DNA from: an uncultured Acidobacteriota bacterium
GTDB taxonomy: Bacteria > Acidobacteriota > Blastocatellia > RBC074
Direction of reading: 5' to 3'
DNA: 64,000 nt
Assembly (NCBI GenBank): GCA_963743045.1
Contig: CAVUOF010000002.1
Span: 6,713 to 70,712, forward strand
The translations under genes and the position numbers were made by a program. Numbering within the stretch: the first letter of the stretch is position 1; each line of letters begins with the position of its first letter. Below are positions 26,206-35,855 of the stretch, piece after piece. The notes below the pieces were generated by a model. The model did no database searches, had not been told where the DNA came from, and was given only the letters and a program-made list of their open reading frames with translations.

Positions 26206-27715
26206 ATGAAGAATAGAATCGTCAGCGTGACCAGGGTCATCGCCCTTGGCGCGCTAATCATGGCGCCAGTGCTGGCTCAGAATCCGCCGCCCGCAGGACA
26301 GTCCCAGTCGACGAAGGGCGCGGTCATCAAGGGCAAAGCCCCGGTCAGCAAGGAAGTACTTAGAGTCAAACTTCCAAAACCCTACGAGACGACTCTCAAG
26401 AACGGATTGCAGGTGGTCATCCTGTCGAATCACAAGGTTCCGACATTCGACATGCAGATGGTCATCCTGAGTGGAGGCTTTTCTGATCCCGCCGGTGAAG
26501 TAGGGGCGGCTCAATTCACGGCGTCGCTGCTGCGTGAGGGAACGAAGACGCGGAGCAGCAAGCAGGTTGCGGAGCAGATCGACGCGCTTGGCGGCACGCT
26601 CACTGCAAATGCCAATCTCTCTTCAATCACCAGCGTCGTCAACTCATCGGGCCTGATCGAGAACTTCGATCCGGTCCTCGACCTCTTTGCGGATGTAGTT
26701 CTCAACCCGACGTTTCCTGCCGACGAGTTTGCAAAACTCAAGACTCGCACTCAGGGCCAGCTGCGGCTTCAACGGGGTCAGGCATCCTTCCTTGCTACCG
26801 AGAAGTTTCGCAAAGTCATGTACGGCAACCATCCTGCAGCACGGTTTTCATTAAGCCCGGGCGATCTGGATCATCTGACACCGGAAGTGCTGCAGAAGTT
26901 CCACTCGACCTACTACAAACCGAACAACGCGATCCTCGCGATCGCCGGAGACGTCCGACCAACGGACATCGTGCCGAAGCTCGAGAAGGCTTTCGCCTCA
27001 TGGCAGCGCGGGGACGTGCCCCGGACCAACATTGCCGAGACCGCCGACACCGGGGGTGCGAAGATATACCTGATCGACCGGCCTGGTTCAGTCCAAACCA
27101 ACCTGCTGCTCGGGACGCTCTCCATCAAGCGCACCGATCCGGATTTCTTCCCACTTGAGGTTCTCAACGACGTTCTTGGGGGCGGACCCACGGGACGGCT
27201 CTTCCTCAATTTGCGTGAAGACAAGAGCTACACCTACGGCGCTTACAGCAACCTGACGACGGCGAAGTATCGTGGTGTGCTGCAGGCGAACACAGAGGTG
27301 CGCACGGCGGTTACTGACGGCTCGATGAAGGAGATCCTGCTACGAGTTGGGCCGGATGCGCGATGAGAAGGTTCCGGCCAACGAACTGGAGAACGCAAAG
27401 CGATCGATCATCGGGAGCTTTGCGCTGCAGCTGGAGTCGCCGCAGAGTCTGCTGCAGAACACTGTCACGCAGAAACTTTACGGGTTGCCAGCGGACTACT
27501 GGGACACTTATCCGCAAAAGATTGCTGCGGTGACTGCGGACGATGTTCAGGCGGTCGCGAAGAAATACATCAATCTGGACAAGCTCCAGGTTGTAGCTGT
27601 TGGAGATGCAAAGCAGATCGAGACGCCCCTCAAGAAGTATGGGACGGTCGAGATGTACAACATAGACGGGAAGCGGATTGAAGCGCCCGCCGGCGACGCC
27701 CCAAAGACGCAGTAA
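26206..27715 (+). CDS. M16 peptidase, non-catalytic partner subunit, frameshift near 27340
   Basis: TAAGGAG RBS, signal peptide, LKNGLQV, no HxxEH, RLFLNLREDKSYTYG. Confidence 0.88.
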
Positions 27716-27716
27716 C

Positions 27717-27819
27717 CGTGCCGCCAGGCTGTCCAGCCTGCGGCAGACTTCGCGGTTAGCCGGTTGAAAACAAGCAAGCCATAGCGAGAGCTGCCGCAGA
27801 CTGGACAGTCTGCGGCACG
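27717..27819. repeat. REP-like pair, family F
   Basis: CGTGCCGCCAGGCTGTCCAGCCTGCGGCAG is inverted against CTGCCGCAGACTGGACAGTCTGCGGCACG. Confidence 0.85.
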
Positions 27820-27825
27820 ATATCT

Positions 27826-28266
27826 ATGAGCGAACGGCGCATTAGAGTCCTCCTTGCCAAGCCGGGCCTGGACGGCCATGACCGAGGAGTAAAGGTTATC
27901 GCTCGGGCTCTGCGCGACGCCGGCATGGAGGTCATCTATACCGGCCTAAGGCAAACCCCTGAACAGATCGCCAACGCCGCCCTGCAGGAGGACGTCCAGA
28001 TAATCGGACTCTCAATTCTATCGGGAGCCCATATGACGATCTTCCCTCGCGTCCTTGAACTGATGCGCGGCCATGGCATGGACGATGTCCTCCTCTTTGG
28101 CGGAGGCATCATTCCTGAGGACGATGTTCCCAAACTCAAGGAGATGGGGGTCTCCGCGGTCTTTCTGCCAGGCACATCGACCGAAGACATTATCAAGTAC
28201 ATCCGTGAGCATGTTTCTCCATCGGCGCCACCTCAGCAGCCGCCGGTGATGCCTTCCCACGCCTGA
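27826..28266 (+). CDS. icmB: Cobalamin-binding small subunit of the acyl-CoA mutase
   Basis: [11 protein letters not shown] (DxHxxG), [14 protein letters not shown]. Confidence 0.8.
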   Translation: MSERRIRVLLAKPGLDGHDRGVKVIARALRDAGMEVIYTGLRQTPEQIANAALQEDVQIIGLSILSGAHMTIFPRVLELMRGHGMDDVLLFGGGIIPEDDVPKLKEMGVSAVFLPGTSTEDIIKYIREHVSPSAPPQQPPVMPSHA

Positions 28267-28276
28267 AACGCATTGT

Positions 28277-29023
28277 ATGCAGTCCTGTGTGTCGTATCTG
28301 AGAGATGCGGCCCTTGCACTCCTCTATCCAACGCTCTGCCGAGTGTGCGGGAAGACTGTTGAAAGATGGGATGATGGCATCGCTTGCGCCGCCTGCTGGG
28401 AAAGCGCCGAAAAACTGTCTGCAAATTCGTGATTTTGCCCGAAATGCGGCATCGTCCTCCAGGTTCCGTTGAGTGGCCGGGCATGTGGCCGGTGCGAGGC
28501 CCTGTCATGGACGGCCGCGAAATCGTGCGGTCCCTATGACGGTGCGCTGCGCGAATCGGTTCGTTGGCTTAAGAGTCATCCACAGATCGCAAATCGTCTC
28601 GGAGGCTGGCTTGCTGAGGAGGGAGAAGCTCTGGCCGCGGCACACAATTGCGAGCTGATTATTCCTGTGCCGTTGCATCCTTCCAGGCTGAAGGAGCGAG
28701 GCTTCAATCAGGCTGAGATTGTCGCGCGGCCGGTGGTCAGGCGAACCAGGATTCAGTTGAGTCTGACTTCTCTCGTACGGACCAGGTTGACCGAACGCCA
28801 TCGCGCGGGGATGGGTCCCTCGGAGCGTGCCAGATCGGTCAAGGGCGCCTTTCGGGTTCGGGCGCCACGCGTGATCGAGTCTCGAAGCGTGCTTGTCGTT
28901 GACGATGTTATGACGAGCGGCGCTACCGCCGATGAGGTTGCCTCCTGCCTTTACGCGGCTGGAGCAAGATCTGTCTGTCTTCTGACGATTGCCCGCGCGA
29001 TCATCGCCCACCAGCAAAAATAG
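28277..29023 (+). CDS. comF: ComF family amidophosphoribosyltransferase-like protein, frameshifted N-terminus
   Basis: LYPTLCRVCG zinc finger, IPVPLHPSRLKERGFNQA, VVDDVMTSGAT. Confidence 0.9.
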
Positions 29024-29173
29024 TGGGGCAATAATGGAGCGCAGAGGGTCCGGCGCACCAAAGTGCTTGCCAGAGCATTGCGGCGCTGAGTAACATCTAG
29101 CGGGCGGCGGAACGCCGCATCCTGAAAACCTTACGAAGGACGAGGCGAGACGCCTTACACGATAGCAAGCACT

Positions 29174-30205
29174 ATGAAGCTTCCCTCGATTTTGAGTCTT
29201 GTGACCGATGACCTGGCGATCGATCTCGGCACCTCACGAACGCGAGTCTTCGCGCGGGGTCGCGGGATCGTCGTCAACGAGCCCTCGTTGCTCGCCTATG
29301 ACGTTCCATCACGCGAGGTCGTCGCAGTTGGCCTCGAAGCTCTTGAACTGGAGGGAAGGTCTTCCGAAGATATCCAGATCATCAGCCCGCTGCAGGATGG
29401 TGTGGTCGCCGATTCGACTTTTGCGGGGAAGCTGATCGGCAGCTACATTCGCAAGGCTCGTGACGGGCGCTCAACTCTGTCCCGCCGCGTTCTCATCGCC
29501 ATCGCCGCCGACGCTACCGACATTGAGCATTACGCCTTGCGCTATGCAGCCAAAGAGGCCGGCGTCAGTAATGTTCACTTCATCAACAAAGGACTGGTCG
29601 CGCTCCTTGGCGCGGGAGCCAATCCCGCAGACCAGAGAGCAACGATGGTTGTTGACGTTGGTGCGGGAACAACGACCATCGCCGCCATGGTTCACGGCCA
29701 TCTCATATTGACCCGGACACTGCGTGTTGGCGGGAACGATCTGGATGCGGCATTGACAGAGATGATCAAGCAGAATCACAGCGTCATGGTCGGGCCGCGA
29801 ACAGCCGAGCGAGTCAAGATCGAGCTTGGCTGTGCAATAGCTCTCGAAAACGAACAGACGACTATGGTCAAAGGCAGGAGGGCCCTTGGAGGTTCTCCCG
29901 AAATGGCTCTCGTTAACAGCATCGAGATTCATGAGGCGATCGAGCCGCACGTCATGCGGATTGTGCAATCGATTCAGGAGTCGCTCGAGGCGCTTCCGCC
30001 CGAGGCGTCGGGCGACCTCTATGACCGTGGACTTGTTCTTGCGGGCGGCGCGGCACTGCTTGCGGGCTTCGACGAGCGAATCTCGAAGGAGACGGAGTTG
30101 GCTGTTCAGCTGGCGGAGAGCCCGGCGAGGGGTGTCATTCGCGGGCTCGGGACCCTGTTTGAGAATCCTTTGACTCTGAGAAAGGCGATCATCAGATCTG
30201 CATGA
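29174..30205 (+). CDS. Divergent MreB-like actin-fold protein
   Basis: [57 protein letters not shown]. No mreC/mreD follows. Confidence 0.9.
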   Translation: MKLPSILSLVTDDLAIDLGTSRTRVFARGRGIVVNEPSLLAYDVPSREVVAVGLEALELEGRSSEDIQIISPLQDGVVADSTFAGKLIGSYIRKARDGRSTLSRRVLIAIAADATDIEHYALRYAAKEAGVSNVHFINKGLVALLGAGANPADQRATMVVDVGAGTTTIAAMVHGHLILTRTLRVGGNDLDAALTEMIKQNHSVMVGPRTAERVKIELGCAIALENEQTTMVKGRRALGGSPEMALVNSIEIHEAIEPHVMRIVQSIQESLEALPPEASGDLYDRGLVLAGGAALLAGFDERISKETELAVQLAESPARGVIRGLGTLFENPLTLRKAIIRSA

Positions 30206-30245
30206 GTGTTAACGCCGACTTGATGCGCGGCTGTCGAATGTCCAC

Positions 30246-30277
30246 TTGACAACCAGCGAAGTGCTCTGTGATATAAT
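30246..30277 (+). promoter_or_regulatory. Sigma-70 type promoter (extended -10)
   Basis: TGTG-A-TATAAT (TGn-TATAAT) at 30267-30277. A perfect TTGACA at 30246 is 20 nt upstream, longer than canonical spacing. Confidence 0.65.
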
Positions 30278-30283
30278 TGACCA

Positions 30284-30500
30284 GCTTGAAAGAGCACTGA
30301 AACTGGAAACTCCGAGAGGTGCGACTTCACAACCAATCTTCTAAGGGTTGACCTTTCAAAAGCAGCAACTCACTTCGGTACCCGCAGATTCGGCGGGCCA
30401 TCGTCTCGCGCGTCCTTCGAGACTGTTCATCAGTTCAAAATTTACCAATTTTTGAATTCTCCGGGGCGCAGGCGCGTCTCCGGGACGGCCGGGTTTGAGA
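30284..30500 (+). ncRNA. Candidate structured RNA / long 5' leader of the HNH gene, family not recognised
   Basis: Three-way junction (TTGAAAG/CTTTCAA, GCAC/GTGC, CAACC/GGTTG) followed by four consecutive hairpins. No credible ORF. Structure is by-eye only. Confidence 0.5.
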
Positions 30501-30509
30501 GGTTTGTGA

Positions 30510-31019
30510 ATGAGCGGTAGGGTTTTGGTACTCAATTCGACCTTCGAGCCCATAAATGTCTGTACGACACGGCGCGCCGTAATTCTCATTTTGAAAGGCA
30601 TTGCACGGACGGAAGAACGATACGACGGAGTCCTTCACTCGACTCGATTCGCGATGCCGGTTCCGTCAGTCATCCGTTTGACGGACTACGTTCACATTCC
30701 GTTCGAACGCAAGAGCCTCTCTCGCAAGAACATTCTTCTGCGCGATCACAACACTTGTCAGTATTGCGGTCGCGTGCACACACCGGCTGAGCTGACGCTG
30801 GATCACGTCATCCCCAAGTCCCGGGGAGGCCATTCAAACTGGGACAACCTCGTAGCCTGCTGCAAGCGGTGCAACAATCGTAAAGGAAGTCACCTTCCTG
30901 AAGAGGCCGAGATGCGCCTGATCAAACGGCCTCAGGCCTTCAGCCTCCACGTCAATCGCCAGATCATGCGGTACCTTGGACGGAGTGATGCTGCCTGGCG
31001 GAAGTACCTCTTCTATTGA
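30510..31019 (+). CDS. Stand-alone HNH endonuclease (McrA-like, zinc-binding)
   Basis: [11 protein letters not shown]-terminus, [39 protein letters not shown]; GAGAGG RBS. Confidence 0.95.
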   Translation: MSGRVLVLNSTFEPINVCTTRRAVILILKGIARTEERYDGVLHSTRFAMPVPSVIRLTDYVHIPFERKSLSRKNILLRDHNTCQYCGRVHTPAELTLDHVIPKSRGGHSNWDNLVACCKRCNNRKGSHLPEEAEMRLIKRPQAFSLHVNRQIMRYLGRSDAAWRKYLFY

Positions 31020-31452
31020 GCCAACCGAAAGACCAGTCTGGAGCCGGCTTTCCTCTACCTTACGACGACGGGACGCCTCAGCGGCCAGCCACGTGAGATC
31101 GAGATCTGGTTTGCCGGGCATGGTGGAGCGGTACTACCTGATCGCCGAGCACCGCGAGCGGGCGAACTGGGTGCGCAATATTCTGAATGACCCGCGAGTA
31201 CTGTTTCGGGTTCGGGACAATGTATCGGCCGGCACCGGCCGCGTTGTAGATGCTGAGAGAGAAGCCGAGTTGTGGGCGGAGATTCGGGCGCTGTTCGATA
31301 AGAAATATGGATGGAGCGACGGCCTGATCGTTGAACTCTCTCGCACTCAAGGCCTATATAAGGAAGAAATTTGTAGGCGGCGGCTCGTGAGCCGCCATCA
31401 AACGTCACGAAAGTCACGCAAGAGCGGCATGCTCACGGAACCGCTTTTGTGA
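31016..31452 (+). CDS. Deazaflavin-dependent nitroreductase-like (split-barrel) protein, frameshifted
   Basis: [21 protein letters not shown] in one frame, then [13 protein letters not shown]...KKYG. Overlaps the HNH stop. True end may be 31361. Confidence 0.75.
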
Positions 31453-31498
31453 CTTTTGTGCTTTTTTGTGGCTCACCCCAGGGCTCGCCGCACTCCAA
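31372..31498. repeat. Composite of REP families C, A and B
   Basis: GTAGGCGGCGGCTCGTGAGCCGCC, TTTTGTGACTTTTGTGCTTTTTTGTGGC and GCCGCACTCCAAA lie side by side. Confidence 0.75.
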
Positions 31499-31599
31499 AT
31501 TTCTCCTTTCGAAGCCCGATTGAAATGCGGCCCTGATATCAGTACGATAGCTGAGTTCTTGCCCCTTTGAACTCCCTTACAATTGTTACCGGAGGTTTA

Positions 31600-34260
31600 A
31601 TGCGTATTTCTACACGCGCGACACGCATTACCGTCGGCGTGCTCGCTCTGGCACTCGCCCTTCACACTCTAACAACAACTCAGCGCGCTCAAGTGTCTCT
31701 CACACAGAGCGCGGGCGAGTCCACCGATCAACTGCGGCAACGACTCGCCGGAAGGCAGCGCAGGCTCGACAAGGGCAACTGGACGGACTCCAAACGTGAG
31801 CAGGAGGTTCGTGCATGGCATGCCGCCGTGCAAGAGCGGGCTCGGCTGAATGCGCAATCAGGGCAGGCGGTGAGGACCGAGACCTCCGTCGTCAATACGG
31901 ACTCTGACGACATCAATATCATGCAGGGTGACGCAAATCTCATCACACAAGCCGATCCCTTTGATCTTCTGGGCCGGGCTGTCACGTTCTCTCAATCGGG
32001 CAGCGGATACAGCATTCAGTCTACATCCGGCACGTTCGATACCAATCTCGGAACAAAGGTCGATCTGACGCGATCTCCGGCAGTAAATCCCAAGGTCGGT
32101 GTCGTTCAAGGCGTCACGTCCGGTGACGATGCCTACCTGCCGGAGGCAATTGGCTTCAACTTCCCTTTTTACGGTACGTCCTTCTCGACGGTTTACATCT
32201 CCAGCAACGGCTTTCTCAGCTTTCGTCCCGCCGGCATTGACGATGCGGACTTTGACGACCAGGCGTCGAGCTCGGGAGAGTCGCTGGCCAGCTTCCAGAC
32301 AGAGGTCCCGAGAATCGCGCCCTACTGGCACGATCTCGACGCCAGCGCGTCGCATGTCACAGGCGGCAACGGCATATTCTTTCGCAAGGACGCGGACCGA
32401 ATAGTAGTCACCTGGAACTTCATCCCTGACTTCCCTAACGATCCGACTGTCGATAACGGCATCAACCGGTTCCAAGCCACTCTCTTCAGCGATGGCAGAA
32501 TCGTGCTCGGCTACGATCCGCAGATCATACAACTCACAAGCACTGCTCTTGTGGGCATCTCTCCAGGCTTGAGTGCAGCGCCGGTACAGCTCGTCAATCT
32601 GAGCAATCCTGCCGGCGGTGCGCTCTCAGGCCCGCTGGCCGAGCTCTTTTCGACGGCTGTACGAGTCGACATTCTCGGCGTGGTGCAATCGTTCTACGCA
32701 GCACACCCGAATCGCGACGTCTATGACTTTGTCTACCTTGTCACAGATTTCGATTTCGAGCTTGGCGGCAGTGCATTTGCTTTCTACCAGCCGGTTCGCA
32801 ACCAGATCAGCGGGCTTGGACAGCCGACAGGCGACACCGACCCGACGGGCTCGTTGGGGACACGGAATATGCAGGGCATTCTCAACCTGAGCAATATCGC
32901 AGCCAGCAACTTTCTCACCTACCCCGAATCGCCGACTGTGCGTTTTTTGGGCGCGAATCACGGATTGTCAGTCATGGGGCAGGAACAGGGACATCGCTGG
33001 CTGGCCTATTTCGGCTATCCCGGGGCGAATCCCAATCTGCTGCTGGGAAGAGACAATGCTCACTGGAGCTTCTTTCTGAACATCGAGTCGAATCTCAGCA
33101 CTGCCGCAACTCCAAGGTCATCATCAATGGAAGGCAGCGTCTGGCGAGACAATGGGAATGGAACCTTCACGACGACCAATCTGATTGACGGGTATTCCCA
33201 TCTGGACCAGTACGCAATTGGCGTTCGGGCAGCTGCTGACGTGCCCGACACGTTTGTGATTACCAATCCGAGCAATACAAATTTCGCGGCGGCTTCGTCT
33301 CCGACTCCAAACATCACGGTCACTGGTTCGAGGCAGACCGTGACCATTGGCCAGATCATCCAGAGGAACGGACCGCGCATACCGGACCCGACAGTTGCGC
33401 CCAAGCAGTTTCGAGCGGCGGTCGTGCTGCTCGTTCGCGAGGGGTTTCAGCCTACCGCTGCAACGCTCGCCAAGGTCAAGCGTTATCGATTGGCCTGGGA
33501 AAGCTACTTTGCACAATCCACCGATTATCTCGGCAGAATGGACACCGCTCTTTCAGACTCGACCACGAGCCGGGTTATTGCCGCCGCTTCAGCGGCCAGC
33601 TTTCAGGCTACGTTTGCACCCGCCGAGATCGGTGCGCTGTTCGGTGAGGGCTTCACCAATGGAGAATCGCAGCAGGCGCCTTCGCAGCCGCTTCCTGATA
33701 CGCTCGCCGGAGTCCAGGTTTTCGTAGACGGAACCCCTGCGCCGCTCTTCTATGTCTCACCGGGTCAAATCAATTTTCAGGTACCAAGAACAACAGCTTC
33801 TGGAACGATCAATCCCTCCGTGCCTTCCTCAACATCTCTCGTCGAAGTATTGAGCGGCGGAGCGCTGATTCGGGCGTGTGCAATTCAGCTTGCAGCCTCA
33901 GTGCCTGCGATCTTCACCAGCGACCAGAGCGGATCCGGGCCTGCAGCCGCCGTTGACGCGTTCAGCTTTGCAAACCCGCCGTTCAATGCGGTCCAGGCCA
34001 ACGGCCAGCCGAACGTAATTGCAGTCTTCGGTACGGGGCTTGGTCAGGATGCTACCGATGTCGATGGTAGTGTGGGAGGAGTGACGGCCTCAATCGACGG
34101 GGCGCCTGCGACGGTGCTGTATGCGGGCCGGGCGCCAGGCTTCACAGGTCTCAATCAGCTGAACATAACCCTGACCGCGGGCATCAGCTCCGGAACCCAC
34201 ACGCTCGTAGTGAGCAGGAATGGAATCGCATCACGACCAGTAACAATAGCGATAAAGTAG
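31600..34260 (+). CDS. Large secreted protein: nidogen-like domain, metzincin-like domain, acidobacterial C-terminal beta domain
   Basis: GGAGG RBS, signal peptide, IGFNFPFYG...YISSNGFLSF...IAPYWHDL, GQEQGHRW, and APLFYVSPGQINFQVP...YAGRAPGFTGLNQLN typical of the Solibacter C-terminal domain. Confidence 0.8.
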   Translation: MRISTRATRITVGVLALALALHTLTTTQRAQVSLTQSAGESTDQLRQRLAGRQRRLDKGNWTDSKREQEVRAWHAAVQERARLNAQSGQAVRTETSVVNTDSDDINIMQGDANLITQADPFDLLGRAVTFSQSGSGYSIQSTSGTFDTNLGTKVDLTRSPAVNPKVGVVQGVTSGDDAYLPEAIGFNFPFYGTSFSTVYISSNGFLSFRPAGIDDADFDDQASSSGESLASFQTEVPRIAPYWHDLDASASHVTGGNGIFFRKDADRIVVTWNFIPDFPNDPTVDNGINRFQATLFSDGRIVLGYDPQIIQLTSTALVGISPGLSAAPVQLVNLSNPAGGALSGPLAELFSTAVRVDILGVVQSFYAAHPNRDVYDFVYLVTDFDFELGGSAFAFYQPVRNQISGLGQPTGDTDPTGSLGTRNMQGILNLSNIAASNFLTYPESPTVRFLGANHGLSVMGQEQGHRWLAYFGYPGANPNLLLGRDNAHWSFFLNIESNLSTAATPRSSSMEGSVWRDNGNGTFTTTNLIDGYSHLDQYAIGVRAAADVPDTFVITNPSNTNFAAASSPTPNITVTGSRQTVTIGQIIQRNGPRIPDPTVAPKQFRAAVVLLVREGFQPTAATLAKVKRYRLAWESYFAQSTDYLGRMDTALSDSTTSRVIAAASAASFQATFAPAEIGALFGEGFTNGESQQAPSQPLPDTLAGVQVFVDGTPAPLFYVSPGQINFQVPRTTASGTINPSVPSSTSLVEVLSGGALIRACAIQLAASVPAIFTSDQSGSGPAAAVDAFSFANPPFNAVQANGQPNVIAVFGTGLGQDATDVDGSVGGVTASIDGAPATVLYAGRAPGFTGLNQLNITLTAGISSGTHTLVVSRNGIASRPVTIAIK

Positions 34261-34268
34261 AGAGGTTG

Positions 34269-34940
34269 TTACGACGGGATCTGTTCCTCTGATGACTCCG
34301 GCGAACGCCGAAAGCGCCGGGAGAGGTATTCAATAATCGGAGGCATAATCGAGATCAGGACAATAGCCACTATGACCAGGGAGAAATTCTGTTTGACTAT
34401 TGGGATGTTGCCAAAGAAATAGCCGGCGAAGGTCAGCAGAAGAATCCAGAAGAGACCACCTGCAATGCTGAAGAGCAGAAACCGTGTGTAGACCATCCGG
34501 CCTATTCCGGCGACAAATGGCGCAAATGTCCGGACAATAGGGATGAATCGCGCGATGACAATTGTTTTGGCGCCATACTTCTCATAGAAATGCCGGGTTC
34601 GTTCAAGGTGTTTACGATTGAGCAGCCGAGACGTCTGATCATGAAACACTCTTGGTCCAATTGTATGGCCGATCCAGTAGTTGGTATTGTCGCCGGCAAT
34701 CACCGCCAGCCCGAGCAGCACGCAGACGGTGCCAATGTCGAGAGCTCCTGTCGCCGCCAGCGCGCCGACGGCGAAGAGTAGGGAGTCACCGGGAAGGAAC
34801 GGGGTCACCACAAGGCCGGTCTCACAGAAGAGAATCAGACAGAGTATGGCATAGGTCCAGGTACCGTAGCGGCTCACCAGCTCAAAGAGGTGAACATCCA
34901 GGTGCAGGACAATGTCGATAAGATACTTCAGAAATTCCAT
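34269..34940 (-). CDS. dedA: DedA family membrane protein
   Basis: LFCETGLVVTPFLPGDSLLF, GDNTNYWIG, ARFIPIVRTFAPFVAG. Confidence 0.95.
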   Translation of the reverse strand: MEFLKYLIDIVLHLDVHLFELVSRYGTWTYAILCLILFCETGLVVTPFLPGDSLLFAVGALAATGALDIGTVCVLLGLAVIAGDNTNYWIGHTIGPRVFHDQTSRLLNRKHLERTRHFYEKYGAKTIVIARFIPIVRTFAPFVAGIGRMVYTRFLLFSIAGGLFWILLLTFAGYFFGNIPIVKQNFSLVIVAIVLISIMPPIIEYLSRRFRRSPESSEEQIPS

Positions 34941-34988
34941 GGTTCCAGGTTGAAAATTACCGCATTGTGCCAAGGGCTCTGCTTCAGG

Positions 34989-35131
34989 GAGCAATATGGA
35001 GTGCGGCGACCTGTCGCCGCTTTTGATGTTAGATACTGCAGCGCTAAGAAAATTGGGCGGGTACATTTCATCCAATCCGTGCAGTACCTAACGTCTAAAG
35101 CGGCGACAGGTCGCCGCACTCCAAATTGCTC
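34989..35131. repeat. Family B REP-like palindrome
   Basis: TGGAGTGCGGCGACCTGTCGCCGCTTT...AAAGCGGCGACAGGTCGCCGCACTCCA. Confidence 0.92.
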
Positions 35132-35186
35132 TTCGGCTGAGGCTCAATTGGTCTTTGCGACGCCTCCGCTGTCCCTGTTGACGCGT

Positions 35187-35855
35187 CTACCTCTCCCAGC
35201 CGTGCCTGCCGATGAGTTTTACGAACTGACACCCGCCGCAATCCTCTGTCGTGGTCCCCTCGGCCGTTCGAGTAATTCGAATCAATCTCTGCGTCTTCTC
35301 GTCCCCCACCGGAATCACCAGGTGACCGTTGACCGCAAGTTGATCTACCAGCGGCTGTGGAATCTCGGGTGATGCAGCGGCGACCAGGATGGCCCGGTAG
35401 GGTGCAAACTCATTCCAGCCTACTGTACCGTCAAACCATTTGACTGTCGCATTGAATATCCGGAGCTCCCTCAGGCGCGCCGCGGCTTCACGAGCCAGTT
35501 CCGACAATCGTTCTATTGCAAATACCCGGCCGGCGACATAGGAGAGAACCGCGGTCTGGTAGCCCGAGCCGGCACCGATCTCCAGTACCCTGTCTTCGTT
35601 CGTGACTTCGAGAAGCTCTGTCTCCCGAGCCACTATATAAGGCTGCGAGATTGTCTGTCCGCAGGCGATAGGAAGGGCATGATCTCCGTACGCGCGAGTC
35701 CGCAGCGCCTCAGCCACAAAAAGGTGACGCGGCACCATCGACATCGCCTGGAGGACACGCTCATCGCGGATGCCATAGTGGTGGCGAAGCCGTTCCACCA
35801 TCTTCGCCCTGGCATACGAATAGTCGTTGCCATTACTTTGCGGTTGGCCGGCCAT
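35187..35855 (-). CDS. pcm: Protein-L-isoaspartate O-methyltransferase
   Basis: VPRHLFV, GQTISQPYIVA, VLEIGAGSGYQTA; follows surE. Confidence 0.96.
   Translation of the reverse strand: MAGQPQSNGNDYSYARAKMVERLRHHYGIRDERVLQAMSMVPRHLFVAEALRTRAYGDHALPIACGQTISQPYIVARETELLEVTNEDRVLEIGAGSGYQTAVLSYVAGRVFAIERLSELAREAAARLRELRIFNATVKWFDGTVGWNEFAPYRAILVAAASPEIPQPLVDQLAVNGHLVIPVGDEKTQRLIRITRTAEGTTTEDCGGCQFVKLIGRHGWER

Noticed and set aside
25771-27366. Apparent fusion of the two M16 peptidases
   Set aside because: An internal TAAGGAG RBS, ATG 26206 and a fresh signal peptide indicate two genes. The read-through is probably an indel artefact.
30510-31019. HNH protein as IscB, Cas9 or a group II intron ORF
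   Set aside because: Only 169 aa; no PLMP, RuvC or RT motifs; no CRISPR repeats or transposon ends nearby
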